A DNA stretch of 63,992 bases, counting the filler, from Limisphaerales bacterium (GTDB taxonomy: Bacteria > Verrucomicrobiota > Verrucomicrobiia > Limisphaerales > SIBE01): the NCBI GenBank assembly GCA_044225505.1. It is 3 parts of 3 records of this genome, joined end to end, with 100 filler letters (N's around TTAATTAATTAA, not from the genome) between each part and the next. Parts side by side here need not be neighbours in the genome. Positions count along the whole stretch, not along the records: positions 43,841 to 63,992 come from JBGAIN010000152.1; 2 more parts are not named here. One strand, written 5' to 3'. The notes beneath the pieces are model-generated. The model was not told where the DNA came from and made no database searches. It saw nothing but the letters and a program-made list of their open reading frames with translations. The position numbers were made by a program, and so were the translations under genes. Shown one piece after another: positions 44,362 to 55,164 of this stretch. Every line of letters begins with the position of its first letter. Position 1 is the stretch's first letter.

Positions 44362-44904
44362 TTACTCCTCCACCACTTCGATATGCTTGCTGCCCAGGCC
44401 CTCGAGCAACCGGCGGGTTTCACTTTCCGAGTATTTGGCGTCGCTCGTCTCGATTACCACGAAGAAACGGTCATGAGTCGCCAGGGCAAATCTGCGGTTC
44501 TTCAGCAATGGGTGGTACAGGCGCGGCAAACGATTCAAAAAGAGCATTCCAAAAATGGCCCCAAACGATCCCAGCAAGATCGTCAATTCATAGGAGGGCG
44601 GGAACGCGCTGAATGGGCTGAACATCGGCTTACCGCCAATGACGATAGGATAATCATAGGCGTTCATAAACCAGATCATCACCATTCCCAGCGTGTAGCC
44701 AGAAACGCCACCCGCAAAGGAGAACCAACCAACCTTCGAATTCTTCATTCCCATGGCCCGGTCCATGCCATGAATCGGAAATGGAGTGTAAACATCCCAC
44801 CGACGAAAACCGGCGTCGCGAACTTTTTCAGCTGCGTGCAGGACATCGGCCGCCGTTTCAAATTCGGCGACGATACCATAGGGTCTGGACAATGTGTCAG
44901 GCAT
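44362..44904 (-). CDS. actD: Alternative complex III subunit ActD (DUF3341)
   Basis: DVYTPFPIHG, YPIVIGGKP, YELTIL. Confidence 0.88.
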   Translation of the reverse strand: MPDTLSRPYGIVAEFETAADVLHAAEKVRDAGFRRWDVYTPFPIHGMDRAMGMKNSKVGWFSFAGGVSGYTLGMVMIWFMNAYDYPIVIGGKPMFSPFSAFPPSYELTILLGSFGAIFGMLFLNRLPRLYHPLLKNRRFALATHDRFFVVIETSDAKYSESETRRLLEGLGSKHIEVVEE

Positions 44905-46325
44905 CAGTGATGTCCTCCAACTTTAGCCCCACCCAAGGGGTGGTGTGGGTCCGCTTGCGGCGTCACACCCTTCACTTCCGCGATGGCAATGAGCGGGAGA
45001 AACCGCAGGAATAAGAGGAATAGGGTAAAGAAAAGACCGAACGTCCCGAGATAGGTCAACACGTCGATGGCCGTCGGGCTATAGTACCCCCAGTTCGACG
45101 GCAAAAAGTCACGGTGCAACGAAGTGATCACGATTTCAAACCGTTCGAACCACATCCCGATGTTAACGAAGATCGAGAGAATCCAAACGATAATCATGCT
45201 TCGTCGGATCGATTTGAACCAAAAGAACTGCGGCACCAGGACGTTGCAGGTGATCATCGTCCAGTAACCCCACCAATAGGGACCGAACGCACGATTGATA
45301 AATGCGTAGCGCTCAAATGGGTTACCGCTATACCACGCGATAAAAACCTCCATGCCGTAGGCGTAGCCAACAATCGAGCCGGTCGCCAAGGTCACCTTAC
45401 ACATCAGGTCGACGTGGCGCTCCGTAATCACGTCCTCCAAATGATAAATCTTCCGCAGCGGGATAAGCAAAGTTAGCACCATCCCGAATCCGGAAAAGAT
45501 TGCCCCGGCAACAAAGTACGGGGGAAAGATCGTGGTGTGCCATCCGGGTAACTGCGATACCGAGAAGTCCAAAGAAACGATACTGTGGACGGATAGCACC
45601 AGGGGTGTCGAAAGACCCGCCAGAATCAGATAGGCTTTCTCGTAGTTGCTCCAGTGCCGGTTGGATCCCGTCCAACCCAAGGCGAATAACCCATAGCCCA
45701 ATTTGCCCAACGTGGATTTGGCACGATCACGCATCGTGGCCAAGTCCGGAATCAGTCCGACATACCAAAAGAGCAACGAAACGGTGAAGTAAGTCGAGAC
45801 GGCAAAGACGTCCCACATGAGCGGCGACCTGAACTGCGGCCAGATACTCTGAATATTGGGCAACGGGAAGAGCCACCAACCCAACCAAATACGCCCGATG
45901 TGGATGACCGGAAATATGCCTGCGCACATGACCGCAAAAATGGTCATAGCCTCGGCCGCACGGTTCACCGCCGTCCGCCAGCGTTGGCGAAGCAGAAAGA
46001 GAATCGCCGAAATCAATGTCCCGGCATGTCCGATACCGATCCACCAAACAAAGTTGATGATTGCCCAGCCCCACATGGTTGGATGCCTCACTCCCCAGAC
46101 GCCAACACCTGTGGAAATCAGGTAGGCAATCATCGAGAAGCACATCACCATCAAAACGAAGCTGATTCCAAACCCGATCCACCACCAGGGCGGGGTCTTC
46201 CCCTCGATCACGCCCGCAATCCGATCGGAAATCCAACCAATGTTCTGACGATTCCCGACGAGCGGTTCACGCTCGAGTTCCGCGGGCGGAGCTTGCAGCT
46301 TTAGAGATGGGGCTGCCTGAGCCAT
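44904..46325 (-). CDS. actC: Alternative complex III NrfD-type membrane subunit ActC
   Basis: [38 protein letters not shown]. Confidence 0.93.
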   Translation of the reverse strand: MAQAAPSLKLQAPPAELEREPLVGNRQNIGWISDRIAGVIEGKTPPWWWIGFGISFVLMVMCFSMIAYLISTGVGVWGVRHPTMWGWAIINFVWWIGIGHAGTLISAILFLLRQRWRTAVNRAAEAMTIFAVMCAGIFPVIHIGRIWLGWWLFPLPNIQSIWPQFRSPLMWDVFAVSTYFTVSLLFWYVGLIPDLATMRDRAKSTLGKLGYGLFALGWTGSNRHWSNYEKAYLILAGLSTPLVLSVHSIVSLDFSVSQLPGWHTTIFPPYFVAGAIFSGFGMVLTLLIPLRKIYHLEDVITERHVDLMCKVTLATGSIVGYAYGMEVFIAWYSGNPFERYAFINRAFGPYWWGYWTMITCNVLVPQFFWFKSIRRSMIIVWILSIFVNIGMWFERFEIVITSLHRDFLPSNWGYYSPTAIDVLTYLGTFGLFFTLFLLFLRFLPLIAIAEVKGVTPQADPHHPLGGAKVGGHH

Positions 46326-49300
46326 TAGTGCGCTCCTTTCTCGGCCGGCGTCGTCGCCCCTTCGGAATGCGCGGCGCCCGCTGGCGACGACGCCCCATGT
46401 TCACTCGCGTGCTCCTCCAACGGGTTCCCGCCGAGCTTATGGGAATACTCCTGAAAACTGAGGGGCATGTCGTAATAATCAGGCATTTTAGGATTCGGAT
46501 TGCGCACCTTCGCCAAATAAGTCAATCGAGGCCGAGTCGACAGGAACTCGAGCACAGTGTAATCGCGGTCCATCTTCTTGAGTTTGGAAACTCGGCTGTT
46601 CGGGTCCGCGATATTGCCAAAAACAATCGCTTCTGCCGGACACGCCTGGGCACAAGCCGTTGTGAAGGTGCCATCCGGAACTTCGACCTCACCCGAAGCG
46701 CCGGCCTTGACCTTTTGGGCAATCTTGGCGGATTCAATCCGTTGCACACAGAAAGTGCATTTTTCCATGACACCGCGCATGCGGACGCTGACATCCGGGT
46801 TCTTCGCGAGCTTCACCAGATCCAGGTCAGCCTGAGGTCGTATTGCGAGGGGTCCCTTCAAGAGCTGGTCCAAAGGTCGCTTATTGTAATCGAAATAGTT
46901 GAAACGGCGGATCTTATACGGACAGTTATTCGAACAGTAGCGCGTGCCGACACACCGATTATAAACCATGAGGTTTAACCCTTCCTGGTCATGGACGGTC
47001 GCATTCACTGGACAAACGTTTTCGCAGGGCGCCGCCTCACAGTGCTGGCAGAACATCGGCTGATGCACCACTTGCGGTTCGTCAATCCACTCCTGAAATT
47101 GCTGTTGAGAATCTGGCGCTAGCGACTGCCATTTCTTCTCCCGCGCCGGGTCCCCAGCAAAATAGCGGTCCACCCGTAACCAATGCATTTCACGACCGCG
47201 CGCCACTTGGGCTTTGCCCACGATCGGGACGTTGTTTTCACTCTGGCAAGCGATCGCACAAGAAGAACATCCGACACACGCGGTGAGATCGATCGACATC
47301 CCCCACTGGTGGTGTGCGGTTGCTTCGGCTTTCTTCAGCGGGTTCGGATAGAGCGGCATTGCCTGCGGCGGCTCTTCCATATTCATCCGACTCGCAAAGT
47401 CAGGGTGCTTCGCGTACTGCTGGAGGGTCGCTTCTCGTATGATCGGCCGCCCTTCCATCGACCAATGGTCTTGGGTGCAGCTGAGAGGATACCGGTCACT
47501 CGTCTTCGCCAGGGTTGCTCCAGCCGCCACGAACGGCGCTTGGCTAGTGCGGCAAGGATACGCATTAAACCCGGTCTTTTTTCCAACACGACCCGCCCGG
47601 TCACGTCCGTAACCCAAAGCCATCCCGAGCAGATTGTCCGCTAGACCAGGCTGAATCCACACCGGACCGCGGACTTTGCCGCCGCCCACTTGAACTTCCA
47701 CTACGTCGCCGCTTTTCAATCCCAGTCCAGTCGCTGTCATGCGGCTCATCTGGATGGCATTGTCCCAACTCATCTTGGTGATCGGGTCGGGCAACTCCTG
47801 CAACCAGCCATTGTTATTAAATCGACCGTCGTCGACGCTGTAATCGCGATGAAAAGTGATCTCCAACCGCTCCGCTGTCGGTGGCGTCGGCACTGCCAGG
47901 TTGGCGATTAGCTGACTTATTCCAGGAGCGCTTATCTGGACATCCGCGGCCGCCGACGCGCTTCCCGGCAAAAAGCCGTCGTGCAGAAAGCGTTTCCAAA
48001 CCTCTTCGTTCTCTCCTGCTACGGTCCGGAAAGTTTCCCGGACAATGTCGTACGGAGCCGTCCGCTCCACGCCAGCAATACGGGCAATTACCTCGATCTC
48101 CGTCAATCCACCGAACAAGGGTTCAATCAACGGCTGAACGGGCACCAAGGTGCCATCGCTCGTCCGTGCGTCCCCCCACGATTCCAAGTAATGCGCCTGA
48201 GGCAAGTGCCAAGTGCTAGCAGCAGAGGTTTCGTCTTCGTAATAACCGAGCCGGACAACGTTTTTCGCTTTCGCCTGGGCTGCGGTCCATGCCAATTCCG
48301 CTGGAGCATTGTAGCCCGGGTTACCTCCCAGGATCACGAGGTTCTGCACTTGCCCAGCGTTGAGCGCCTGCGCCAATTCGTTAATGGTCCCCTCGCTTGA
48401 CGGCTGAGCTTCACGATACACCACGGTCTTCCCGACAGCTCCAAGCGCCGCATTCACGGCATGGGCTAAAGCGTGGACCGCCAAAGGTTGCCGGTAACCG
48501 GCCATCACGACGGCTTGCCCAGGATTGGCCAGCAAGTCTTGAGCACACTCCACCACCCATTTCTCATGAGCCTTGGCCGTGTCAGCCAAGCGCCGCAATG
48601 GCTCCACCAAATTCCCTTGACCTGACTTGGAGAGGATCTCGATCGCTAACCGTGCTGCAATCCCGGCTACTGCACTGGTCGGAATACGCAAACGATGATC
48701 GGCGTTGCTACCGGTCAACGTCATCAGTCCTTCCACCGCGTAAAGGCGGTTCATTCCGTCGGTCGCTTTTTCCAGTTTCCGGCCGCGAGCAAAGCGGCGG
48801 CAATGGATGTAGGTATCCTCTTCACCGCCAATAAAATCGCAATCGAGGGAGAGAATGACCTTTGCCTGATCCAACCGCACATAAGGAGTGACCGGTTTGC
48901 CAAAAACAACCGAGGCCGCCTCCTGCTCGATGTGAAAGTCGATCGGTTCGTAAACAAACCAGCGCGCCTGCGGCAGCTTTTGGGAAATGACAGTCTGCAA
49001 CCGGCGGCGGGATGGCGAACTGCTCCGCTCGACCAGAAAACAGAGACCCTGGCCGCCATTGGCTTGCGAATCCCGGGAGACCTGGCTCAACGCCGCCAGC
49101 GCTTCTTCCCGCTGTACCACCACACCAGCCCGGGCGAAATGCATCGACCGATCGGGGTCATACAAGTTCAGAATCGAAGCTTGCGCAAAGCCGTCCGTGC
49201 CGCCGTTGCTGTCCGGATGCTGCGGGTTTCCTTCAACCTTCGTCGGACGCCCATCACTCGACTTCGCCAACAGCGGGATCGCCGTGCTGCGCGTGGGCAT

Positions 49301-49600
49301 CGCTGTTGCATAATATTTGGCCACGCCATGAACGTAGCCTTCTGGCGCCTTGGCAAAGGGATAAATAAGCGCCTCTGGCTTTCGGCATCCCGTCAATCCG
49401 ACGCCGGCCAACAGAAACGATGCCGACATGATCTTGACGAAATCCCGTCGGGTCAGGGGATCGGTTAACTCACTGGCGCCAGCCGGGAACTCGCGCTCGA
49501 CCCAGTCACGGAACTCTGGGGTGTCCGCAAGCTGGTCCAGACTACGCCAATACTTCTTGCCCGTTTCCGGCTCGGGACAACGCGGGGGAATAGTTTTCAT
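46325..49600 (-). CDS. actB: Alternative complex III subunit ActB (molybdopterin-oxidoreductase-like plus Fe-S domain, Tat)
   Basis: [12 protein letters not shown] Tat motif, LTGC lipobox, [38 protein letters not shown]. Confidence 0.93.
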   Translation of the reverse strand: MKTIPPRCPEPETGKKYWRSLDQLADTPEFRDWVEREFPAGASELTDPLTRRDFVKIMSASFLLAGVGLTGCRKPEALIYPFAKAPEGYVHGVAKYYATAMPTRSTAIPLLAKSSDGRPTKVEGNPQHPDSNGGTDGFAQASILNLYDPDRSMHFARAGVVVQREEALAALSQVSRDSQANGGQGLCFLVERSSSPSRRRLQTVISQKLPQARWFVYEPIDFHIEQEAASVVFGKPVTPYVRLDQAKVILSLDCDFIGGEEDTYIHCRRFARGRKLEKATDGMNRLYAVEGLMTLTGSNADHRLRIPTSAVAGIAARLAIEILSKSGQGNLVEPLRRLADTAKAHEKWVVECAQDLLANPGQAVVMAGYRQPLAVHALAHAVNAALGAVGKTVVYREAQPSSEGTINELAQALNAGQVQNLVILGGNPGYNAPAELAWTAAQAKAKNVVRLGYYEDETSAASTWHLPQAHYLESWGDARTSDGTLVPVQPLIEPLFGGLTEIEVIARIAGVERTAPYDIVRETFRTVAGENEEVWKRFLHDGFLPGSASAAADVQISAPGISQLIANLAVPTPPTAERLEITFHRDYSVDDGRFNNNGWLQELPDPITKMSWDNAIQMSRMTATGLGLKSGDVVEVQVGGGKVRGPVWIQPGLADNLLGMALGYGRDRAGRVGKKTGFNAYPCRTSQAPFVAAGATLAKTSDRYPLSCTQDHWSMEGRPIIREATLQQYAKHPDFASRMNMEEPPQAMPLYPNPLKKAEATAHHQWGMSIDLTACVGCSSCAIACQSENNVPIVGKAQVARGREMHWLRVDRYFAGDPAREKKWQSLAPDSQQQFQEWIDEPQVVHQPMFCQHCEAAPCENVCPVNATVHDQEGLNLMVYNRCVGTRYCSNNCPYKIRRFNYFDYNKRPLDQLLKGPLAIRPQADLDLVKLAKNPDVSVRMRGVMEKCTFCVQRIESAKIAQKVKAGASGEVEVPDGTFTTACAQACPAEAIVFGNIADPNSRVSKLKKMDRDYTVLEFLSTRPRLTYLAKVRNPNPKMPDYYDMPLSFQEYSHKLGGNPLEEHASEHGASSPAGAAHSEGATTPAEKGAH

Positions 49601-50265
49601 CGATGGCAGGCGGAGCAGTTTTGCAGAGACTCAACTCTCCAGTTATCAACGAACTCTTTTCCATGCGTTCGCTGCAGTTGGGCCGCGAGCTTCGGATCTT
49701 CGCTCCACTTCCAATTGAGATCCGTGATTTTATCCGGCGGACGCAATCGCGCCGCGGGGTCACGATGACACTCCAGACAGTAGGTCATGCTTAACGGCTT
49801 GCTCTGGAAGACTTCGTCCATCTGATTGATCTGCCCGTGACATTCCACACAACTCACCCCTCGATTCACGTGCACCGAATGGTTGAAATAGACAAAGTCC
49901 GGCATCTTATGAATCTGCACCCAAGGAATTGGCTTTCCGGTAGCGTAACTCTCCCGCACCAAAGATAACCTCGGATCGTTGGCCAACACTTGGCTGTGGC
50001 AGTTCATGCAGGTCGACGCGGAAGGAATATTCGAGTACCAGGACTTCTCAACCGCGTTGTGGCAGTAACGACAATCCACCCCGAGTTGGTTCACATGAAT
50101 GTTATGAGAGAAGGCCACCGGCTGAATCGGCTGATACCCCACATCCGTGTATTTCGGCGTGAAGTAATACCAAATTCCCGCCACCGCCGCTGTTCCGAGA
50201 ATCAAACCGCCCGCGATGATTCGCAACGGAAGTCGGTTTGTCCACTTTGGAAAAATGTCTGACAT
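49597..50265 (-). CDS. actA: Alternative complex III pentaheme cytochrome ActA
   Basis: N-terminal TM plus five CxxCH motifs (CRYCH, CMNCH, CVECH, CLECH, CSACH). Confidence 0.92.
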   Translation of the reverse strand: MSDIFPKWTNRLPLRIIAGGLILGTAAVAGIWYYFTPKYTDVGYQPIQPVAFSHNIHVNQLGVDCRYCHNAVEKSWYSNIPSASTCMNCHSQVLANDPRLSLVRESYATGKPIPWVQIHKMPDFVYFNHSVHVNRGVSCVECHGQINQMDEVFQSKPLSMTYCLECHRDPAARLRPPDKITDLNWKWSEDPKLAAQLQRTHGKEFVDNWRVESLQNCSACHR

Positions 50266-50701
50266 TTCAAATCAAACTGGCCTGCATGTCTCTCAGCAAT
50301 GCGCCTTTACCTGCTATGTTTAAAACGAGTCGCTTGACCTACGCTCAAGCAGCTAATCCAAACCCATCCTGGTAATTAGGTTTGGTTTTAAGCCCGAAGA
50401 AGATGGTTATCCCACTCCCACCGGGACCGCAAGTAAACTTCGTCGCAGCGCGCAAGATTTCGTTTCGCTTAATATTCCTGATTAGGGCTGGTTCAGCGCC
50501 CTCTCGTTACCTGCCCTAACTTTCACGTTCACCAAATAAACCGAGCCTGTTTTTCACTGGGAACGCGGTCGGAACTGACCGGTCGGGCCTCGAAATGTCT
50601 GGTTGTTGTAATGATTCGCAAACTGGAGTCAACCCCCAAATTAAAGAAGTACAGCCGCGGGTGTGCGACAAAATTGTGGTAATCGAGAGAGGAGAGTTTG
50701 C

Positions 50702-52054
50702 TCAGGCTGCGATTTTGAGGCTCAGATTGTTCTCGGCGGCGTGAGCCGCAGCCCGCGCTTGGCAGAAGATGTCCAACCGATCGCTCAATAACGTGCAGCG
50801 AAGGTCGAGGACTCCTTGACCGCCTTCTTCGGACCAGAACATGCCGGAGTTTTTCATGCGTTTGCCCACCACGGTTTTACAGCCTGCTTCAATGACCCCG
50901 GAACCGATGAAGTAACCTGCTTTGCGAAAGGTCCCGTAGCTCATTCGTTCCAGATTGTTTTCGAGATAAGCGATCTCTTTGGTTGCTTCCTCGATGTCTA
51001 GAGCCCGCCCCAATTCTGCTTTGGCCTGGCTAACGACCTGGGCGGCTTGGTCTTTGAGCAGCCATCGCTTCCAGAGTTTAAGCCGCTTTTTGCCTTCCCC
51101 ATTCTCTTTACCCAAGAACGCTTCCACTAAACCGTGCAAGTGCTGCGCAGCGTGGTAGAAGTCCAGGATCAGAATCGCGGTGGGAAAATTGACCCGGGCC
51201 AATTCCCAAACCCAGGCCGCGCCGTCGCCAATGAAGATCAATTGAGTCGCCTGCGCCATGCCCCGGCGTTGAGCTTCCTGCCGCAGGAGTAAACCGAACT
51301 CGGCCGCCGGTTCAAAACTTCCGATGTAGGAGGTTGAATCCTCCTTTCGGATCGGGTGCCCTTTGGCATCGACTTCGGTCTGGAGGAAGACGCACCCGAG
51401 TTTGACCTCGCGTGTCTTAGCTGAACCATCGGGTTGTTTGCCTTTGCGTCCGGCGAGGGCCTCTTTGCGCATCGGCACGCCCGTGCCGTCGCCCGACACA
51501 TACATCAATGCTGTTTGCACCTTAAATGGCTGGGTCTTCAACCATGGGCCCACGGCCGGCGCCATGCGCTCCACCACCCGTTGGATTTGCCGTTCGGAAA
51601 CAGCGATGCCTGCGTACTCGAATAAGTCCCGGCTGGCTTCACGATAGGAACTCTGCGCCGCGGCGCGGCAAGCCAGTCGGGACAGAGCAGGTGTATAAGC
51701 AACCTCCAAAGCTAAAGCCGCATCGGCTGGGCAGTGCCCGCTCTGCCCGTCAAAATAGTAATCCCGGAGGATCTGCATCGAGCCAAACAGACCCTGGATT
51801 CCCAACGGCCTGCGATCAACCCAGCGCATTCGGGGACCTGGTTCGAAGGAACTATCGAATTGATCGGCTAAGAATTGAACCACCGGTTCCAGCAGCTTGG
51901 CTCCGGCTTGCAGAAGCAAATCGCGCACTTTCAGCTCCAACTCCTGCAGGCGTTGCTCGGTGGCCGGACGGTTTAGGAACTGCTCAATGAATCCGGACGT
52001 TTCGGCGTGGAGGGCGGCCTGGATGTCAGCCCTTTTTTTTTGAGTCGGGGGCAC
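50702..52054 (-). CDS. DDE transposase (ISKra4/ISLre2-like)
   Basis: DGTGVP, GDGAAWVW, LDFYHA, IGSGVIEAGCK. Confidence 0.9.
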   Translation of the reverse strand: MPPTQKKRADIQAALHAETSGFIEQFLNRPATEQRLQELELKVRDLLLQAGAKLLEPVVQFLADQFDSSFEPGPRMRWVDRRPLGIQGLFGSMQILRDYYFDGQSGHCPADAALALEVAYTPALSRLACRAAAQSSYREASRDLFEYAGIAVSERQIQRVVERMAPAVGPWLKTQPFKVQTALMYVSGDGTGVPMRKEALAGRKGKQPDGSAKTREVKLGCVFLQTEVDAKGHPIRKEDSTSYIGSFEPAAEFGLLLRQEAQRRGMAQATQLIFIGDGAAWVWELARVNFPTAILILDFYHAAQHLHGLVEAFLGKENGEGKKRLKLWKRWLLKDQAAQVVSQAKAELGRALDIEEATKEIAYLENNLERMSYGTFRKAGYFIGSGVIEAGCKTVVGKRMKNSGMFWSEEGGQGVLDLRCTLLSDRLDIFCQARAAAHAAENNLSLKIAA

Positions 52055-52343
52055 TCTCCGCCCGCGTCATCGCCACGGTGGTCTCAATATATTGGCTGGC
52101 CAGCTCTTCAAACTGCTTACGCCCTTCAATGGCCTCCATCAAAGCGGCCGCTTGTTCGGTGGGAACGCGTCGACTGGCATTGCGCCCTTCTTCCCAGACT
52201 TGGTGTTTGAAATAAGGCTGCAGATGCTGGCCCGGGGTCTTCTTGGAAAGGCGGCTTTCCTGTTGCAGGGAACCATATTCCATCTGTTGGATTTGTTCCA
52301 TCTCCTGCAGGAGTTGCTTCCTTTTATGAGCCAGCGAGTTCAT
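52026..52343 (-). CDS. IS upstream ORF (probable DNA-binding N-terminal module)
   Basis: 105 aa inside the IRs; overlaps the transposase at an A9 run. Confidence 0.7.
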   Translation of the reverse strand: MNSLAHKRKQLLQEMEQIQQMEYGSLQQESRLSKKTPGQHLQPYFKHQVWEEGRNASRRVPTEQAAALMEAIEGRKQFEELASQYIETTVAMTRAESAPDSKKKG

Positions 52344-52492
52344 GGCTAAGAAGAATGTCTAGCATATAGACATCTTTCAAGCCTAAACCCTTCTATTTCC
52401 ACTCTTTCTCACAATTTTGTCGTGCGCCCGACACTTTTTGCGTCGGAAATTTGTTTTCGCTCCATGCGACAGGGTATGGCACCTTTTCCGCG

Positions 52493-54058
52493 TTGAAATT
52501 GGTCATCATTCATAATCACTTTCGACCAGGAGGGGTGCGGCGGGTCATCGAATTGGCCGCGCCGGATCTCGTTCGAGCACTGCGGCCTCGTGTGGACGAG
52601 GTTATTTTGGCGAGCGGTGCTGCCGCGGACAACAACTGGTTGCATTCCTTCTCTAAATCCTTGCGTCCGATGCTTGTGACCTGCCGAACCAATCCGACCC
52701 TCTGCTATCTTTCAGAACAGCGCTCTGCAATTGCTTCGTCGAAAGCGCGGTTGCGCGCTTTTATACACGACTTGGTAGCAACCCTAGACGGCGATACCGC
52801 CTTGGTTTGGGCACACAATCAGGGACTTGGACGGAACCTCCTGTTAACCCAGGAAGTGGAAGCAGCTTGCTCTCTCCATCGCATTCCGTTGGCGCTCCAT
52901 CATCATGACTGGTGGTTTGATAACCGGTGGGCTCGATGGACGGAGATGCGCCGGAGTGGGTTTCGGTCTCTCAGTCAAGTGGCTAAGACTATCCTTTCGG
53001 TCGGCTCCGGCGTTGTCCATATCGCGATCAACAAACACGACGCGACTCTCCTCGAAAAATTCCTGCCTGGCCGGTGTGCGTGGCTACCGAATCCTGCTTT
53101 GGGCAAACCGACAGCACCATCCCGGAAGAGTGTTGAACACGCCCGGGCCTGGCTCCATGGGCAGCTTGGCGCTGATGCGCCGGTTTGGCTGATGCCATGC
53201 CGATTACTGCGCCGCAAGAACATCGCAGAGGCATTGCTACTGACCCGCTGGCTGCGGCCGGAGGCGTGGCTGGTCACTACGGCGGGTATTACTTCGCCTG
53301 ACGAAACGCCTTACGCTCAGCGCCTGCAAGATTCGGCACAACGTTATGGATGGCCCTTGCGTCTCAACATTCTCACATCCGAAAACGACAGTCCTGGCCT
53401 GCCTGCGCTGATCGCGGCGAGTGAGGCGATCCTGCTCACGTCGCTGCAGGAGGGATTTGGTCTTTCCTATCTGGAAGCAGCCGTAGCGGGCCGGCCTCTC
53501 CTGGCCCGAATGCTTTCCAATATCGCGCCTGACTTGGCCCATTGGGGCTTGAGATTCCCTCAATCCTACGCCGAAATCCTTGTCAGCACGACCTTGTTGG
53601 ACTGGCCGCAAGAGGTAGCCCGCCAAAAACGGTTGTTCAAAAGGTGGCGACAACAATTGCCCAGCGGAGTTAAAGGTTACCTGGGCAAACCAATCGCGCT
53701 GGCTTCAAGAGAGCGGCCCGAATCAGTGCCGTTCAGCCGTCTGACTTTGACCGCACAACTTGAGGTCCTGGCTTACCCGGCCGCAGAGTCGTGGAGGATT
53801 TGCCTGCCTCTAAACCGATGGCTGACCGGCTGGCGAGAGGCAACTGCCGCAAATAGGCTGGCTGTCACCACGTGCCCGCCGAGCGCTCGACGATCTCTTG
53901 CCGGGCCTGCTTTTGCCAGGGGATTTACTCGATTGATGAGCGATCTACCGGAATCGCCCGCGCCGATTTCTGCGAGCGCCGCTGTCCAGGAGGAGTTTAT
54001 CCGCCGGAAGCTCACCGCTGACAACCTTTATCCTCTCTGCTGGGCTCCAAACACATGA
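52493..54058 (+). CDS. GT4 glycosyltransferase, MggA-like
   Basis: HNHFRPGGVRRVIE, RLLRRKNIAE, SLQEGFGLSYLE. Start is uncertain (TTG 52493). Confidence 0.8.
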   Translation: MKLVIIHNHFRPGGVRRVIELAAPDLVRALRPRVDEVILASGAAADNNWLHSFSKSLRPMLVTCRTNPTLCYLSEQRSAIASSKARLRAFIHDLVATLDGDTALVWAHNQGLGRNLLLTQEVEAACSLHRIPLALHHHDWWFDNRWARWTEMRRSGFRSLSQVAKTILSVGSGVVHIAINKHDATLLEKFLPGRCAWLPNPALGKPTAPSRKSVEHARAWLHGQLGADAPVWLMPCRLLRRKNIAEALLLTRWLRPEAWLVTTAGITSPDETPYAQRLQDSAQRYGWPLRLNILTSENDSPGLPALIAASEAILLTSLQEGFGLSYLEAAVAGRPLLARMLSNIAPDLAHWGLRFPQSYAEILVSTTLLDWPQEVARQKRLFKRWRQQLPSGVKGYLGKPIALASRERPESVPFSRLTLTAQLEVLAYPAAESWRICLPLNRWLTGWREATAANRLAVTTCPPSARRSLAGPAFARGFTRLMSDLPESPAPISASAAVQEEFIRRKLTADNLYPLCWAPNT

Positions 54059-54774
54059 AGCCTCGGGCCGTCATCTTCGACGTCTATGGCACCCTCTTGG
54101 CGCTGGGGCCAGCGCCGAGCGACGCCTCGGCAGCGTGGGAGCATTTGCTAGCCGATTACCTAAAGCCTCCCCCGCCGCTGACTCACCCGGATTTTGCGGT
54201 CGCTTGCGCTCGCCTGATTGAGCAGCAGCATGAAAAAGGACGGTCGCGCGGGATTCGCTATCCGGAAATCATTTGGTCATCTGTCGTGTGTGAGGTCCTG
54301 CCTCAGATCGGCGCCCTCTCGTCCGAGCGGCGCAACGACTTTATCTACCGCGAACGCCAATTAACCCGCTCGACTGTGCTCAGCCCGCATGCAGGGACCT
54401 TTATCGCTCGACTGCGCGGAAATGGCTGTCTGCTCGGAGTCGCGTCTAATGCCCAGCGCTACACTTGGCGCGAATTACAGGACGCCTTCGTTGCGGCTGG
54501 AATCAATTGGACTCCGTTATTTGAATCCGACCTCTGCTTCTGGTCATTTGAGCATGGATTCAGCAAGCCCGACCCGCACGTTTTCCAGATCCTCTCTGCC
54601 CGGCTCCATGAGCATGGGATCGAGCCCGCCGAGACTCTGATGATTGGCGATCGAGTGGATAACGATATTCAACCTGCCGCAGCGTTCGGCTGGACGACCT
54701 GGTGGCTGGCCGCCAATGCTCCACCTGGCACCGGCGGCAGTTGGGAAAAGCTCGCTCAGACTTTCAAGATTTGA
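54055..54774 (+). CDS. HAD-superfamily phosphatase
   Basis: FDVYGTL, SNA, SKPDP, IGDRVDND; ATGA overlap with the GT gene. Confidence 0.9.
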   Translation: MKPRAVIFDVYGTLLALGPAPSDASAAWEHLLADYLKPPPPLTHPDFAVACARLIEQQHEKGRSRGIRYPEIIWSSVVCEVLPQIGALSSERRNDFIYRERQLTRSTVLSPHAGTFIARLRGNGCLLGVASNAQRYTWRELQDAFVAAGINWTPLFESDLCFWSFEHGFSKPDPHVFQILSARLHEHGIEPAETLMIGDRVDNDIQPAAAFGWTTWWLAANAPPGTGGSWEKLAQTFKI

Positions 54775-54858
54775 GGGGACAGTTTCACACCTCAAGTTGC
54801 GTTCGTCTATCCTTTGCCGATCTTTGGTTTGTTGCCGCTTGCCCCAGGATTAACTAAC

Positions 54859-55110
54859 ATGGTCGTGTTTAGACCAGTCGCCAACGATACGATCCCCGTT
54901 CAAGCGACCGATGATTCGGCGGTCGCAGAGGTCATTCTCCAAATCCTCGATTTGAATCGTGTGGTTTTGGAAAAAGAACACGCCATGCAGGCCGGAACGC
55001 CAGATGCGTGGATTTACCGGAGCACTCGCCCGCTATCTCACAACCAAACCATCTCGGTCGTGGCAACCGCCAAAGACCATCCCGGAAATGTCTCGACCAG
55101 GAATTACCTG
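54859..55110 (+). pseudogene. Remnant of a hypothetical gene (Ig-like C-terminal segment)
   Basis: ATDDSAVAEV...LEK...WIY...ATAKDHPGN resembles the C-terminus of a widespread hypothetical family; the central part appears to be missing. Confidence 0.3.
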
Positions 55111-55164
55111 GCTTACGTTCGGGATATTCAATCCAGACGAATCGCTGACCCCTTTCCGCGTTCG

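Larger units (their letters stand above)
50659..52429 (-). mobile_element. ISKra4-like insertion sequence (1771 bp)
   Basis: Terminal IRs GGGTGTGCGACAAAATTGTG / GGGCGCACGACAAAATTGTG (17/20 match) enclosing a small ORF and a DDE transposase. Confidence 0.85.
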
